Assembly (NCBI GenBank): GCA_002412825.1 | Contig: DHVU01000009.1 | Span: 35,323-99,322, forward strand | DNA: 64,000 bases | Reading direction: 5' to 3' | Origin: Spirochaetaceae bacterium UBA5200 | GTDB taxonomy: Bacteria > Spirochaetota > Spirochaetia > Treponematales > UBA12059 | Shown: positions 53,667-63,301 of the stretch, in pieces | Layout of the letters: every line of letters starts with the position of its first letter | Numbering within the stretch: the stretch's first letter is position 1 | Made by a program: the position numbers and the translations under genes | Notes under the pieces: model-generated | The model's database searches: none | The model's input: only the letters and a program-made list of their open reading frames with translations | Told to the model about the DNA's origin: nothing

Positions 53667-56600
53667 ATGGCGAAGTTCGAACGTATACAGGCCCTGGACG
53701 AAGCGCCTCTTTACGAAAGCGAACGCGTCGTGCTTTTCCGCGGCCTCTTCGGCATAAACGCCGTGCCCTGCATAGTTAAGGCTACCAAACCCGGTATGGC
53801 CACGGGAGACCTGGCCAAGTCGCTTGAGGCGCAATACCGTTGCGCGGAGAGCCTGGGCCAGGACATCTGCCCGGCTCCGCTCTATTTCGGCCCCGACGCC
53901 GACAGCATTATCTACGCGTACGAAGACTGCGGTGGCGAAACCCTTGCCGCTAAAATGGAGAATGGGCCTATGGAAGCCAGGCAGGCGCTCTCCATAGGGC
54001 TGGCAATTGCCGATAGTCTCTGGGCCATGCAGCGAAGAGCGTATATCCACCGCTCGCTTTCTCCCTGGCGCGTTATACTGCGACCCGATGGCAAGGCGCT
54101 CCTCATAGGCTTAGGCAAGGCCCGCGCGCTTTCCGCGCAGACCGGCGATGACTACCTGCTGCCGCTACAACTCGAGCGCCTGGGCTACCTTTCTCCCGAG
54201 CATACCGGCCGCATACCCAAACCCATCGATTGGCGCAGCGACCTGTTCAGCCTTGCAGCCATGCTCTACGCACTGCTCACCGGTTCGCCGCCCTTTAAGG
54301 GGCGGAACAGGGTTGAGATCATACATGATTGCATAGCCGGCCTTCCGCCCGCTCCCAGCTCCCTGCGACCCGGCATAAGCGCCTTCGTGGACGGCATCAT
54401 AGCTAAGGCCATGGCTAAGAATCCTGACGACCGGTACCGAACCATGGCAGGGTTCATAGCCGACCTGCGCAGGGCGGCCGCGGCGCCGGAATCGGAGCTC
54501 GAGCCTGGCATAGCTGCTTTCGACAGGCCCGAAGCCCTTTTCGTAAGCCAGGCCGGAGACAGGCCGGGCATCACAGGCATCATGGAACGCCTTCAACAAT
54601 GCTTTCCCGGCGACGACGCGGCCAAGGAAATCCTTTTAGCGCGCTTTTTGTCCCTCTCGCCCGCTTTGCCAAGCGAGCCACTCGACCTTGAGCATATGCT
54701 GCTTACCCTGTCGGCGGAAGGCAAGGCGCGTTTCGACGCGGCTAAAGGCTGCTGGTCCCTGGCTGAAGATTTTAGGCGCGACCGGGACTACTCCACAGAA
54801 TTATATGAACGTCTCCCCGGCCTGCTGGCCAGGCTTGATGACGCGGAACTACGCTTCCTTGAGTGCGCCTCCGTGGAGGGCATGCGCTTCGACGCCTCGG
54901 CCATAGCCGCCATACTGCGCAGCGAGGAGCACCCCGAAAACGCGCTTAACGGTTCGCTTAGGCTTGGACTCATCACGCGGGAGGAAAGCCCGAATATACG
55001 CTATCATTTTACTCATCCCATTATTCGTGAACGAATTTACGGCAGCCTTGAGCAGATACGACGCTCGGCCTGGCACAGCGCCTTTGCCTCCCGCTACGAG
55101 GAAGTAGGAAGGCCGGACCTGGCCGCACGGCACATCCTAGCCGATCCTTTGCGGCCGCGCCGCAGGGATGAAGTGATCAAGCGCGTCGCGATATTCCTCG
55201 AAGCGGCTAAGACCTATGCGATTACCGATACCCCGCAAGCGTTTGATCTTGCCGCCAAGGGCATAGACCTGCTCGGCGGCAGCGGCTGGCGCGACGCCTA
55301 CAATCTCAGCTTCGCCCTGTCTTGCAGCTATTGCTTTTTTGCCGCCGCGTCCGGCCTGGATAAGGAATTTAACGCGCAAGCAAGGGAATTATGCGCCCAT
55401 GCGCGGCCGGATGACGCTACCGAAGCCTCTATAGCGGTCATCAAAGGCCTGGTTACACTGGGCAAAAGCTCCGAAGCCGTCGATGAGGGCATACGCGCCC
55501 TGCGTACGCTCGGTTTCCGGGTACCCGCAAACCCTAGCCCTCTTCGTTTCTTTGCCTGCCACCTCTACGTGCACGCCCTACTCTCCGTGTACAGCGACAA
55601 GCGCATAGCCGAGGCTCCGGCCATGACCGATGCCCGGGCGGGCAAGGCGCTCAGGCTTATCATGTCCTTCGGCACCTCGGTATACGTGGCTAGGCCCCTG
55701 CTCATATCGCTCCTGGTATCGCTGGGCATACGGCTGTGCCTGCGCTACGGAAACCATCCGGAGCTCGCTTCCCTGCTGGCCACCCAGGGCCTGCTCGAGT
55801 GCGGCCTCTCCTCGAACTACCTGCTCGGCAGGCGCTACGGCGACCTCGCAGACCGCCTTGCCGAGCGCAACGCGCTGGCCGGCAGATACAGCCAGGCAAA
55901 ACTCCTGACGGCCAGCTTCGTAAGCCATTGGACGAAACCCTTCAAGGATACCCTCGATTCGCTTCTGGACGCCGCGCGGCTCGGCAAGGCCATGGGCGAC
56001 GCGGAGTTTTCCTCGCATGCCTACGCCACCTACCTCCAGTACCAGCTCTTCTCCGGCAAAAGCCTAACGGCCATAGATAAAGAAGTTCAGGAGATATCGG
56101 ATGCCGTGCATGCCCAGCGCCAGGACTTGTCCATCGTAAGCGTGGAATCGTCGCTGGCCTTCATGGCAGCCATACGCGACGGCCGTTGCGCTACCGACGA
56201 AACGGTAAGCAGCTGGCCTAATTGGAAGGCTTGCCAGGATGCCATGGACAAGCAGGGCCTCGACGCGATCGTGTGCGACTTAGCGCTCTACCGCGCCATG
56301 CTGGCGTACGCGGGCGGCCGCTTGGGCGAGGCGCGCGAGGCTATAGAGGCCACGCGGCCCTATTGGCGCTCGTATGCCGGGCAGTATCCCTCGGCGGTGC
56401 TCATCCTCGTCGACGCACTCGTATCCGCGCGTGAAGCCGGCCTAGCCGCGGCGCAGGGTAAACGCACTAGCATGGCCCTGCGACGCATGAGCCGCGCGGC
56501 GCGCTATTTCTCCAAGCTCCAACGCGTCAATCCCGCGCTCTACGAAGGCAAGGCCGCGCTTACCAGGGCCTTTGTGCTCTTCTTCCGCGGCAAGCTCCTA

Positions 56601-57629
56601 AAGGCCTCAGACCTCTTCGAGTTCGCGTTGCGGCAGGCCCACACGGCCGGGCAGCTGCTCGACGAGGCGGTCATAGCCACGTCCTACGCGTTATGCCTGG
56701 AATACTCAGGAAGGGCGGCGCTGGCCGCCTTCCAATTGCGCATAGCGTACAACGCCATCAACCGTTGGGGCGCGCCGCTCTTGGCGGCCACGCTCGCCGA
56801 GCGGCATCCGGAACTTGCCAGCTGGGTGGCGGAATCCTCAGGCAGCTCGGTAGGCGGCGGCCTGCGCTACGTTGACGCGGAGACTATCATACGCGCCAGC
56901 GCCGCGCTCTCCTCCGCAGGCAGCGGCGCCGAGCTGCATGAGCGCATAGCCAGACTCTGCATGGAGGCGGCCGGCGCCAGGCAAGCGCTGCTCTGGTTGC
57001 CGGAGGAAGGCAGCTGGACGCTCGCCTATACGCAACTCTATGGTCAGGACCCCGCGGAAAAGCCTGGAGCCGCCGGGTCTTCGACGCCAAATGGCGCACC
57101 ACGGCTATTGAGCAAGCTACAGGCCGCGGCGGAGCGCCAGCGGCTCATACTCGATGATGGCGAGGCGGGCCGCGGGTCGTGCGCTTTTTTACCCCTGGTA
57201 AATTCGGGGCGTACCATAGCCGTACTGGAATTGCGCAACGAACTCCTCTGCGGCGCCTTCTCGGAAGACAGCATGGGCGTCGCGGAAACCCTCGCCGTTC
57301 AGGCGGCGCGCGCCTTGGAGAACGCCGAACTCTATCAGCAGCTTGAGCGCAAGGTAAGCGAACGCACGGCTGAGCTTGAGGAAGCCCTGCGCAAGGTGCG
57401 TACGCTCAAGGGGCTCATACCCATATGCGCGTCCTGCAAGAAAGTGCGCGACGATCAGGGATATTGGAGCCAGGTAGAGGAATATATAAGCACGCGCAGC
57501 GAGGCCGACTTCACGCACGGGCTATGCCCTGACTGCCTTAAACGCTATTATGACGAATACGACGAAGCACAGGAGAGGAACGATGGCAGTACAGATGAAA
57601 GGCCGGACGACAGGCCCGACGACGATTGA
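53667..57629 (+). CDS. Giant signalling protein: Ser/Thr pseudokinase domain, helical/TPR-like scaffold, GAF domain, coiled coil and a C-terminal 4-Cys module
   Basis: Kinase fold with YIHRSLSPWRV (instead of HRDLKPxN) and GLG (instead of DFG). GAF-like region ...ALLWLPEEGSWTLAYTQ...AVLELRN.... Tail LIPICASCKKVRDDQGYWSQVEEYISTRSEADFTHGLCPDCLKRYY. Confidence 0.85.
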   Translation: MAKFERIQALDEAPLYESERVVLFRGLFGINAVPCIVKATKPGMATGDLAKSLEAQYRCAESLGQDICPAPLYFGPDADSIIYAYEDCGGETLAAKMENGPMEARQALSIGLAIADSLWAMQRRAYIHRSLSPWRVILRPDGKALLIGLGKARALSAQTGDDYLLPLQLERLGYLSPEHTGRIPKPIDWRSDLFSLAAMLYALLTGSPPFKGRNRVEIIHDCIAGLPPAPSSLRPGISAFVDGIIAKAMAKNPDDRYRTMAGFIADLRRAAAAPESELEPGIAAFDRPEALFVSQAGDRPGITGIMERLQQCFPGDDAAKEILLARFLSLSPALPSEPLDLEHMLLTLSAEGKARFDAAKGCWSLAEDFRRDRDYSTELYERLPGLLARLDDAELRFLECASVEGMRFDASAIAAILRSEEHPENALNGSLRLGLITREESPNIRYHFTHPIIRERIYGSLEQIRRSAWHSAFASRYEEVGRPDLAARHILADPLRPRRRDEVIKRVAIFLEAAKTYAITDTPQAFDLAAKGIDLLGGSGWRDAYNLSFALSCSYCFFAAASGLDKEFNAQARELCAHARPDDATEASIAVIKGLVTLGKSSEAVDEGIRALRTLGFRVPANPSPLRFFACHLYVHALLSVYSDKRIAEAPAMTDARAGKALRLIMSFGTSVYVARPLLISLLVSLGIRLCLRYGNHPELASLLATQGLLECGLSSNYLLGRRYGDLADRLAERNALAGRYSQAKLLTASFVSHWTKPFKDTLDSLLDAARLGKAMGDAEFSSHAYATYLQYQLFSGKSLTAIDKEVQEISDAVHAQRQDLSIVSVESSLAFMAAIRDGRCATDETVSSWPNWKACQDAMDKQGLDAIVCDLALYRAMLAYAGGRLGEAREAIEATRPYWRSYAGQYPSAVLILVDALVSAREAGLAAAQGKRTSMALRRMSRAARYFSKLQRVNPALYEGKAALTRAFVLFFRGKLLKASDLFEFALRQAHTAGQLLDEAVIATSYALCLEYSGRAALAAFQLRIAYNAINRWGAPLLAATLAERHPELASWVAESSGSSVGGGLRYVDAETIIRASAALSSAGSGAELHERIARLCMEAAGARQALLWLPEEGSWTLAYTQLYGQDPAEKPGAAGSSTPNGAPRLLSKLQAAAERQRLILDDGEAGRGSCAFLPLVNSGRTIAVLELRNELLCGAFSEDSMGVAETLAVQAARALENAELYQQLERKVSERTAELEEALRKVRTLKGLIPICASCKKVRDDQGYWSQVEEYISTRSEADFTHGLCPDCLKRYYDEYDEAQERNDGSTDERPDDRPDDD

Positions 57630-57987
57630 GCTAGAGCACGAATCGGGTTATAAAATCGCGGTAAACGCTCCCAAGGACAATGGCGGAGACGGCTCGAGCT
57701 TCTCTCCCACCGATCTCTGCGCGGTATCGTTGGGAGCATGCGGCTCGCTTATCATGCGCATGTACGCGGACGGCAAAGGCATAGCCCTGCGCGGCATCAG
57801 CTTTGAACTTAAGAAAGAAATGGTTGCCAACCCGCGACGCATAGAGCGCATAACCGTGGTTTTCCGCATAGACAGCGATTGCACCGACCTTGAGCTTAAG
57901 AAGATAGAAGCGGCGGGACGCGCCTGCCCCGTTCGTATCACGCTGGGCAGCTGCGTAGAGGTAGTAGAGAGCTACGAACGCGCCTAG
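57583..57987 (+). CDS. OsmC/Ohr-family peroxiredoxin-like protein
   Basis: SPTDLCAVSLGACGSLIM and ACPV motifs. ATG 57583 follows AGGAGAGG and overlaps the upstream gene by 47 nt. Confidence 0.8.
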   Translation: MAVQMKGRTTGPTTIELEHESGYKIAVNAPKDNGGDGSSFSPTDLCAVSLGACGSLIMRMYADGKGIALRGISFELKKEMVANPRRIERITVVFRIDSDCTDLELKKIEAAGRACPVRITLGSCVEVVESYERA

Positions 57988-58187
57988 CCTCCGGAAACGA
58001 GATGGAGGGCGTCCACATCGTCGCCGTCTCGTACCATAACATTGGCCCACTCGTCTCTAGCCGCGAGAATTCCATTAACCCGCACCACGATGAGCGGGAA
58101 GGACCAATTCTTCGCGGCAAGTATATCGCGCACGCTCAGGGCATCGCCGCAAAAAGACGCGTGCTCGCCATTAAGCCTTATTTTCAC
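57984..58187 (-). CDS. thiS: ThiS/MoaD-family sulfur-carrier (ubiquitin-like) protein
   Basis: 67 aa, reading (V->M)KIRLNGEHASF...VNGILAARDEWANVMVRDGDDVDALHLVSGG with a terminal GG. GTG start with GGAG RBS. Confidence 0.78.
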   Translation of the reverse strand: MKIRLNGEHASFCGDALSVRDILAAKNWSFPLIVVRVNGILAARDEWANVMVRDGDDVDALHLVSGG

Positions 58188-58291
58188 CGCTATACTCCAT
58201 TTCCAAGGCGCCTATCGCCCGATGGCGCATTACTATGCGATAGAGGCCGCATATGCTTTGCCTGAGCGTCATTATACACTATAGTGATGCT

Positions 58292-60199
58292 ATGAAGATT
58301 CCGCCGCCGCAAGCCGGCAAAAGCGCGTTTACCCTGAGTAGAGGAACGCACCTTAAGCGAGTAATCATACTCCCCTTCTTCCTGATCATGGCCCTGGGCT
58401 TTACCGTTTCCTGGGCCGTCTACCTTTCAGGTTCCCGGGCGGCCATACGCGACGCCATGGCCACCATAATACGCGAAAGCTCCGAACGCGTCGCCACTGA
58501 CGCGCTCGTCATCATGGACCAGGCGCTTATGGCCGCGAGCGTGAACGCCGCCCTCATAGGCCGCGACCTCTTGGCTCCGCGCAGTCCGCTCTTCTATCAA
58601 CAGTTCTTCCTCGATCAGCTTGCCCTCTACCCCGGCATAGCCATACTGGCCGCGGGCTTCGACGACGGAGAATACGTGGAAGCCCAGCGTCAGGCTAATG
58701 GCGCCTACCGTACCGCCAAAGCAGGCCTGCTTACCGGCGGAGCGCTCGTGTTCAGGCAGGCGACGGCCGATCCTGAAAGCGAGCCCGAGCTCGTGCGACC
58801 AAACTACGACCCGCGCACGAGGCCCTGGTACGCGGCCGCGCTTGAAGGCTCTCCGCACTGGACGGAGCCATATGCCCTATACTCGAACGAAGACCAGGCT
58901 ATGGCCGCCGCCGTGCCCATACGGGATGCGCTGGGCCGCGTTCGCGGAGCCACCACCGCCACCCTGGTCCTTGCCAACCTATCCGCGTCGCTGGCGAGCT
59001 ACCGCGAAGCCAAGCATGGCGTATTCATCATCGTAGACAGCGTAGGCAAGCTCATCGCTTCGTCCTCAGGCGCAGACAGCGTGCTCGACGAGGACGGGGC
59101 CCGCGCCCGCGCGGTATCGCACCGCGACAGACTCATAGCATCGTCAGCGCAGGCGGCGGGCTTAGCCCGCCCCGGCGACACCCCCATAGGCTTAAGCGTC
59201 GGCGCCAGCGAATTCGCCTTCAGCCAGGATGGAGAATCATATCTAGGCCTGCGCAAGCTCTATGAAGACGAGCATGGCTTATCCTGGACCATAGTAAGCG
59301 CTCTGCGCGAATCGGCCTATACTACGAAACTCGCCCAAGCCGACCAGCGCACCATGGCCATATTGATAACCTTTATTCTGTCTGCCTTCGCCGCCGGCTG
59401 GTGGGTGGTAAGCTACGTTACCCAGCCGCTTCGCGTGCTATCCCTCGGGGCCGATACCCTTGAATTCGGCGTAGCCCTGCCTGTAGGCCTGCAAAGCCTG
59501 TCCGGCAAGAAAAACGAGTTAGGCAAGCTCGCCCATTCCTTCCTGGCCATGAAGGAACGCATGGATCAGAGCTACGGTGCGCTGGAAACGAGCCTCGTAG
59601 AGAAGGAAATCCTGCTCAAGGAAGTACATCACCGCGTTAAGAATAACCTGCAGATCATATCGAGCATACTATCGCTTCAATCAGGCGCGCTGGCCGACGA
59701 GGCATCGCGCAACGCTTTCGAGGAATGCCAGGACCGAATACAGGCCATGGCCCTCGTGCATGAGGAAGTATACCAGAGCGGTTCCTTCGAGAAATTGCAC
59801 ATGGCCTCATACCTGAGCAAGATATGCGATACCCTCAGGCTCAACCGCGGCAACCTTAGGTCTATAGAAATCGATACTGAGGCCGACGATCAAAGCCTAT
59901 TGCCCCTCGATCAAGCCATACCGCTCGGCCTTATCGTAAACGAGCTGGTGACCAACGCCATTAAATACGCCTTTCCGGGCAACTGCTGCGGGCGCATACA
60001 GGTACGCTTCACGCGTGAAGGAAATTCCTGGCTCATGAATGTTACCGATGACGGTTCCGGCTTACCCTCCGCCGATATGATAAAAGAAGGCGTAGGCACG
60101 CAACTCGTGCGCGGCCTCGTCGATCAGCTGCACGGTAGCCTCGATTACGCCCGGGCTCCTACAGGCGGCACCTCCATAGACATACGCATAAACGCCTAG
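58292..60199 (+). CDS. Sensor histidine kinase, Cache-like periplasmic domain, HAMP, HisKA_2 and HATPase
   Basis: Two TM helices flank a Cache-like domain (DPRTRPWY). H-box [20 protein letters not shown]. ATPase region [15 protein letters not shown]...TDDGSGLP. Confidence 0.85.
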   Translation: MKIPPPQAGKSAFTLSRGTHLKRVIILPFFLIMALGFTVSWAVYLSGSRAAIRDAMATIIRESSERVATDALVIMDQALMAASVNAALIGRDLLAPRSPLFYQQFFLDQLALYPGIAILAAGFDDGEYVEAQRQANGAYRTAKAGLLTGGALVFRQATADPESEPELVRPNYDPRTRPWYAAALEGSPHWTEPYALYSNEDQAMAAAVPIRDALGRVRGATTATLVLANLSASLASYREAKHGVFIIVDSVGKLIASSSGADSVLDEDGARARAVSHRDRLIASSAQAAGLARPGDTPIGLSVGASEFAFSQDGESYLGLRKLYEDEHGLSWTIVSALRESAYTTKLAQADQRTMAILITFILSAFAAGWWVVSYVTQPLRVLSLGADTLEFGVALPVGLQSLSGKKNELGKLAHSFLAMKERMDQSYGALETSLVEKEILLKEVHHRVKNNLQIISSILSLQSGALADEASRNAFEECQDRIQAMALVHEEVYQSGSFEKLHMASYLSKICDTLRLNRGNLRSIEIDTEADDQSLLPLDQAIPLGLIVNELVTNAIKYAFPGNCCGRIQVRFTREGNSWLMNVTDDGSGLPSADMIKEGVGTQLVRGLVDQLHGSLDYARAPTGGTSIDIRINA

Positions 60200-60237
60200 G
60201 ATATTAAAAACTGAACCTGTATGTGGATATTTTAGTA

Positions 60238-60265
60238 TTGATTCCCTGCTCACAAGTGGTATAGT
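60238..60265 (+). promoter_or_regulatory. Candidate sigma-70 promoter with extended -10
   Basis: TTGATT-16 bp-(TGG)TATAGT, about 58 nt upstream of ATG 60324. Confidence 0.4.
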
Positions 60266-60323
60266 CTCGCTAACCACCGCCGGCGTGTAAAACGGACGGT
60301 AACACCACCACCAAGGGTAGGCC

Positions 60324-62045
60324 ATGAAAAAACTCGCATTATTGCCAGCGCTCCTTCTCATAGGGAGCATAGCTGTCCAGGCGCAGGTACGGAATCTTGT
60401 ACCCATCGTACGGCCGGTGCTCCATGAGAGCACAAAGGCCTTCATACTCAAACTCGGCGAATCTATGGCCAAAGACGGCTACAAAGACGCCGCAGAGTAC
60501 CTGAAAGCCTGGGCCGAGGGCGGCTTCGGCTCCGGCTTCGTATATGTGGACCCACGCGACGGCCGTAATTTCGTCGTCACGAACAGGCACGTCGTGGCCC
60601 AGGCTGAACTCGTCACCCTGGAATTCGAGAAGGAAGACGGGTCCACGACGAGCTACAAGTCCTGCCCCATCTTGGCGGTATCGGAAACGCTTGATCTTGC
60701 CCTCATCGGTTTTCCTAACGGCGCAAAGCCATTCAGCGCTGGAATAGGAATTTCAACGTCGCTTCCCGTGGACGGCCTGGATATTTGGAGCGCAGGCTTC
60801 CCCGGCCTGCTATCGCGTCCATCCTGGCAGTTCGGTAAGGGCAGCGTTACGAATAACAGGGCGCGCGTCCCCGAACTGGCCGATCCCGCCGAGACGGAGC
60901 TCATCCAGCATTCGGCTCCTATAGACCCAGGCAGTTCAGGCGGCCCGCTCCTTGCGGCGGCCAAAAGCGCCGCGTCGGGTTACGAAGTCATAGGCATAAA
61001 CACCTGGAAAGTCGGCGGCCGCCAGGACACCAACTTCGCCATACCGAGCGCGGCAATTCGGAATTTCATACAGACGGCGCTAGCGCCCGTAAGCACGAGC
61101 CCCGGAGACAAGTTGGCCGAGCGTTCACAGGCCTTCGTCGCGGCAAGCTCCTCTCCCGAAGACGCCTACAAGAAGCTAGCCCGCTTTATATCCTACGAAT
61201 TCGTGGCCAAGGAAGGCGAGCGCCTCCTCAAATCAGCGCTATCAAGCGCTCCCACGAAAATTCGCACCGATATAGTCGAGCGTTTCATAGGCAGCTCTCC
61301 GGTCGAGGGCCTGCGCTATGCCATAGCCTACGCCATTGCCGAGACGGCCGAATTGGGCCCCGCAATAGGCCTTGGCCCGCGCGAGGGCATCGTCGTAGAC
61401 GGCGGCGAGGGCTCAGTTGGCCTTAAGCGCGGCGATAACGCCGTTTCCACCCGCTGGATACTCGAGCACGGCCACTGGAGGCTCGCGTCGTTCCCGCCCG
61501 TTGAGTCCAAGGCGGCAGCGGAGGCCGCCTCAGAAAAAAAGAAAAAAAGCGCAAGCGGCTTCGACTTCGTCAGCCCCTATGATTTTGCCTTTACCGGAGG
61601 CGCGCTCTTTGAGCTAGGAGGCGACAAGATAATCGCGGGCAACCTGGGCATGGCCCTCGACATTTTTAGTTCCTATTTCATTATGATGCATTTCGAGATG
61701 GGCTTTGGCAAAAGCAAGTATTACGATAGCTGGGACATGGAAGAAAAGAGCGCCGCATTTATAATGCCGCGAATAGGGCTGACGGCTCAGTTGCCCCTGC
61801 AATTCGGCGAGCTCTACATCGTGCCCTATGGCAAATATTCTGTGGGCTTCAATATGTCGTTGAGCCTCGGTGACGATTTGTCGGGCTTCCTTTCCTCGAT
61901 AGGAGCAGGCCTCTACCTGACGCCTCCGGGCAGTTCCTGGTCCTTTGGCGCGGAATACGCGCACATAAGCATAGCGGAGCCCTTTGACGGGAACACAAAG
62001 AAAATGAATGCCTTAAGCGCGTTCGTGGCCTACGGCTTCTATTGA
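60324..62045 (+). CDS. Trypsin-like (S1) serine protease fused to a C-terminal outer-membrane beta-barrel-like domain
   Basis: Signal peptide. Triad contexts VVTNRHVV, LDLALI and DPGSSGGPLL. The last ~170 aa have alternating hydrophobic beta-strand patterning and end in ...FVAYGFY (aromatic terminus typical of OMPs). Confidence 0.75.
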   Translation: MKKLALLPALLLIGSIAVQAQVRNLVPIVRPVLHESTKAFILKLGESMAKDGYKDAAEYLKAWAEGGFGSGFVYVDPRDGRNFVVTNRHVVAQAELVTLEFEKEDGSTTSYKSCPILAVSETLDLALIGFPNGAKPFSAGIGISTSLPVDGLDIWSAGFPGLLSRPSWQFGKGSVTNNRARVPELADPAETELIQHSAPIDPGSSGGPLLAAAKSAASGYEVIGINTWKVGGRQDTNFAIPSAAIRNFIQTALAPVSTSPGDKLAERSQAFVAASSSPEDAYKKLARFISYEFVAKEGERLLKSALSSAPTKIRTDIVERFIGSSPVEGLRYAIAYAIAETAELGPAIGLGPREGIVVDGGEGSVGLKRGDNAVSTRWILEHGHWRLASFPPVESKAAAEAASEKKKKSASGFDFVSPYDFAFTGGALFELGGDKIIAGNLGMALDIFSSYFIMMHFEMGFGKSKYYDSWDMEEKSAAFIMPRIGLTAQLPLQFGELYIVPYGKYSVGFNMSLSLGDDLSGFLSSIGAGLYLTPPGSSWSFGAEYAHISIAEPFDGNTKKMNALSAFVAYGFY

Positions 62046-62101
62046 TAGGCCCTTATAAGTATGGCCGCATCATAGTCACTATATAGAAAAGGAGCATTAC
62101 T

Positions 62102-62695
62102 ATGAAGCATCGATCGACCTTAGCGCCGGTCCTCGCGCTTATTGTTCTGGCACTGGCTTCCTGTGCCACGGCCGGCCCATCCAGCATAAGCACCAAGGAT
62201 TTGGGCGGCCCCGATACCCATACCCTCGCCTATGGCTACCTTGGCTACCACTCGATATTCGGCAAAGGCGCCGCGGAGAACGCCATGTTCGCCCAGCTGA
62301 ATCCCGAGCATGAGGCTGCCCTCTACTACGCCGTACGGCCGGCAGGCAATAGCGGTTACTTCTTCCTTACCCCCCAGCCGGTGGGCAGCTCATGGAAGCT
62401 CATAGAGTTCGTAAAGCGCGGCAGCAACAGCATTACCTATTACAAACGCGGCGTGGCAGGCAAGAACCCCTACGACCCCCGCATGGAAAAGCCCGGCCTG
62501 CTCTATATAGGCGCCTATGCGTACGGCCGCGATGAAAACCCAAACGGCACGCAATCAGAGTACGAGCTTTGGGACATACACGAGCTTAGGGACGAGGGCT
62601 ATGAGCTGGGCTCGCTTAAGGCTCTCCTTCCCAATTTCAAGAGAACGGCCTGGCAAGCCCTCATCGAGGCGCGCATAAAGGAGTTAAGCAAATGA
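62102..62695 (+). CDS. Hypothetical lipoprotein
   Basis: Lipobox LALASC and AAGGAG RBS. No family recognised. Confidence 0.6.
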   Translation: MKHRSTLAPVLALIVLALASCATAGPSSISTKDLGGPDTHTLAYGYLGYHSIFGKGAAENAMFAQLNPEHEAALYYAVRPAGNSGYFFLTPQPVGSSWKLIEFVKRGSNSITYYKRGVAGKNPYDPRMEKPGLLYIGAYAYGRDENPNGTQSEYELWDIHELRDEGYELGSLKALLPNFKRTAWQALIEARIKELSK

Positions 62696-63258
62696 GGAAC
62701 CGACTATGCCTCGCGGCGGCCCTGTTCGCTACGCTCAGCTTAAGCGCATTCGCGCAGACCAAGCCTATCGCCCCCAAGCGGAACGAGGCCATACTCGTCA
62801 TAAAAGTGCGGCTCCAGCCCGGCGTGCAGGAAGATTTCTTTAAGAACTACGCATCCGCCAAAAAACGGGGCGAGACCATTACCAAAGCCTACTTAGGGAT
62901 AGGCGCGTATTACGGCTATATGTCGAGCACGGGTTCCGAGATCGGCCCTTTAAACCAGTTTGGCTATGTAAAAGCCTCCATACCTAAGGATCGCGCTATA
63001 CTCTTTAGGAGCTTTGAGGTGCGGCTTGCCGACCACTCCAATCTATTTATAAACTTCCCGCTCAATCTACGCTTTACCGTACCCGAGGATACGCCCTATG
63101 TGTACCTAGGCACCTTCGTATACCGTTATTCCGACGAGTACTTCACCATGCTGTCCTTCGAGCGCGTCGACGAGTTCGACGAAGCCCTTGCCGAGCTGCG
63201 CGCTGCGCTTGGCCCGAGCATAAAACTCGCGCGGGCCGTATTTAAAGAAGCCGACTAA
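62692..63258 (+). CDS. Hypothetical secreted protein
   Basis: Signal peptide MRNRLCLAAALFATLSLSAFAQ. The start overlaps the upstream stop (ATGA). Confidence 0.6.
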   Translation: MRNRLCLAAALFATLSLSAFAQTKPIAPKRNEAILVIKVRLQPGVQEDFFKNYASAKKRGETITKAYLGIGAYYGYMSSTGSEIGPLNQFGYVKASIPKDRAILFRSFEVRLADHSNLFINFPLNLRFTVPEDTPYVYLGTFVYRYSDEYFTMLSFERVDEFDEALAELRAALGPSIKLARAVFKEAD

Positions 63259-63264
63259 TACAAA

Positions 63265-63301
63265 GGCGCGGGCGCCGCCGCTCTGGCAGGCCGCCCGCGC
63301 C
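63265..63301 (+). terminator. GC-rich hairpin downstream of 62692..63258
   Basis: GGCGCGGGCG...CGCCCGCGCC, a 10-bp stem with a 17-nt loop. No T-tract follows. Confidence 0.3.

Noticed and set aside
55446-55469. Formal Walker-A match GLVTLGKS inside the 1320-aa protein
   Set aside because: It lies deep in the helical/TPR-like scaffold (about residue 594), not where the NTPase domain follows the kinase domain in related architectures. No Walker B or sensor motifs are evident around it. It is probably a chance match and needs a profile search to be sure.
58188-58291. Expected TPP riboswitch upstream of thiS
   Set aside because: Reading the minus strand I could not find the conserved CUGAGA and ACCUGAUCUGGAUAAUGCCAGCG-type elements. 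The region is only about 100 nt and is shared with the divergent kinase promoter.
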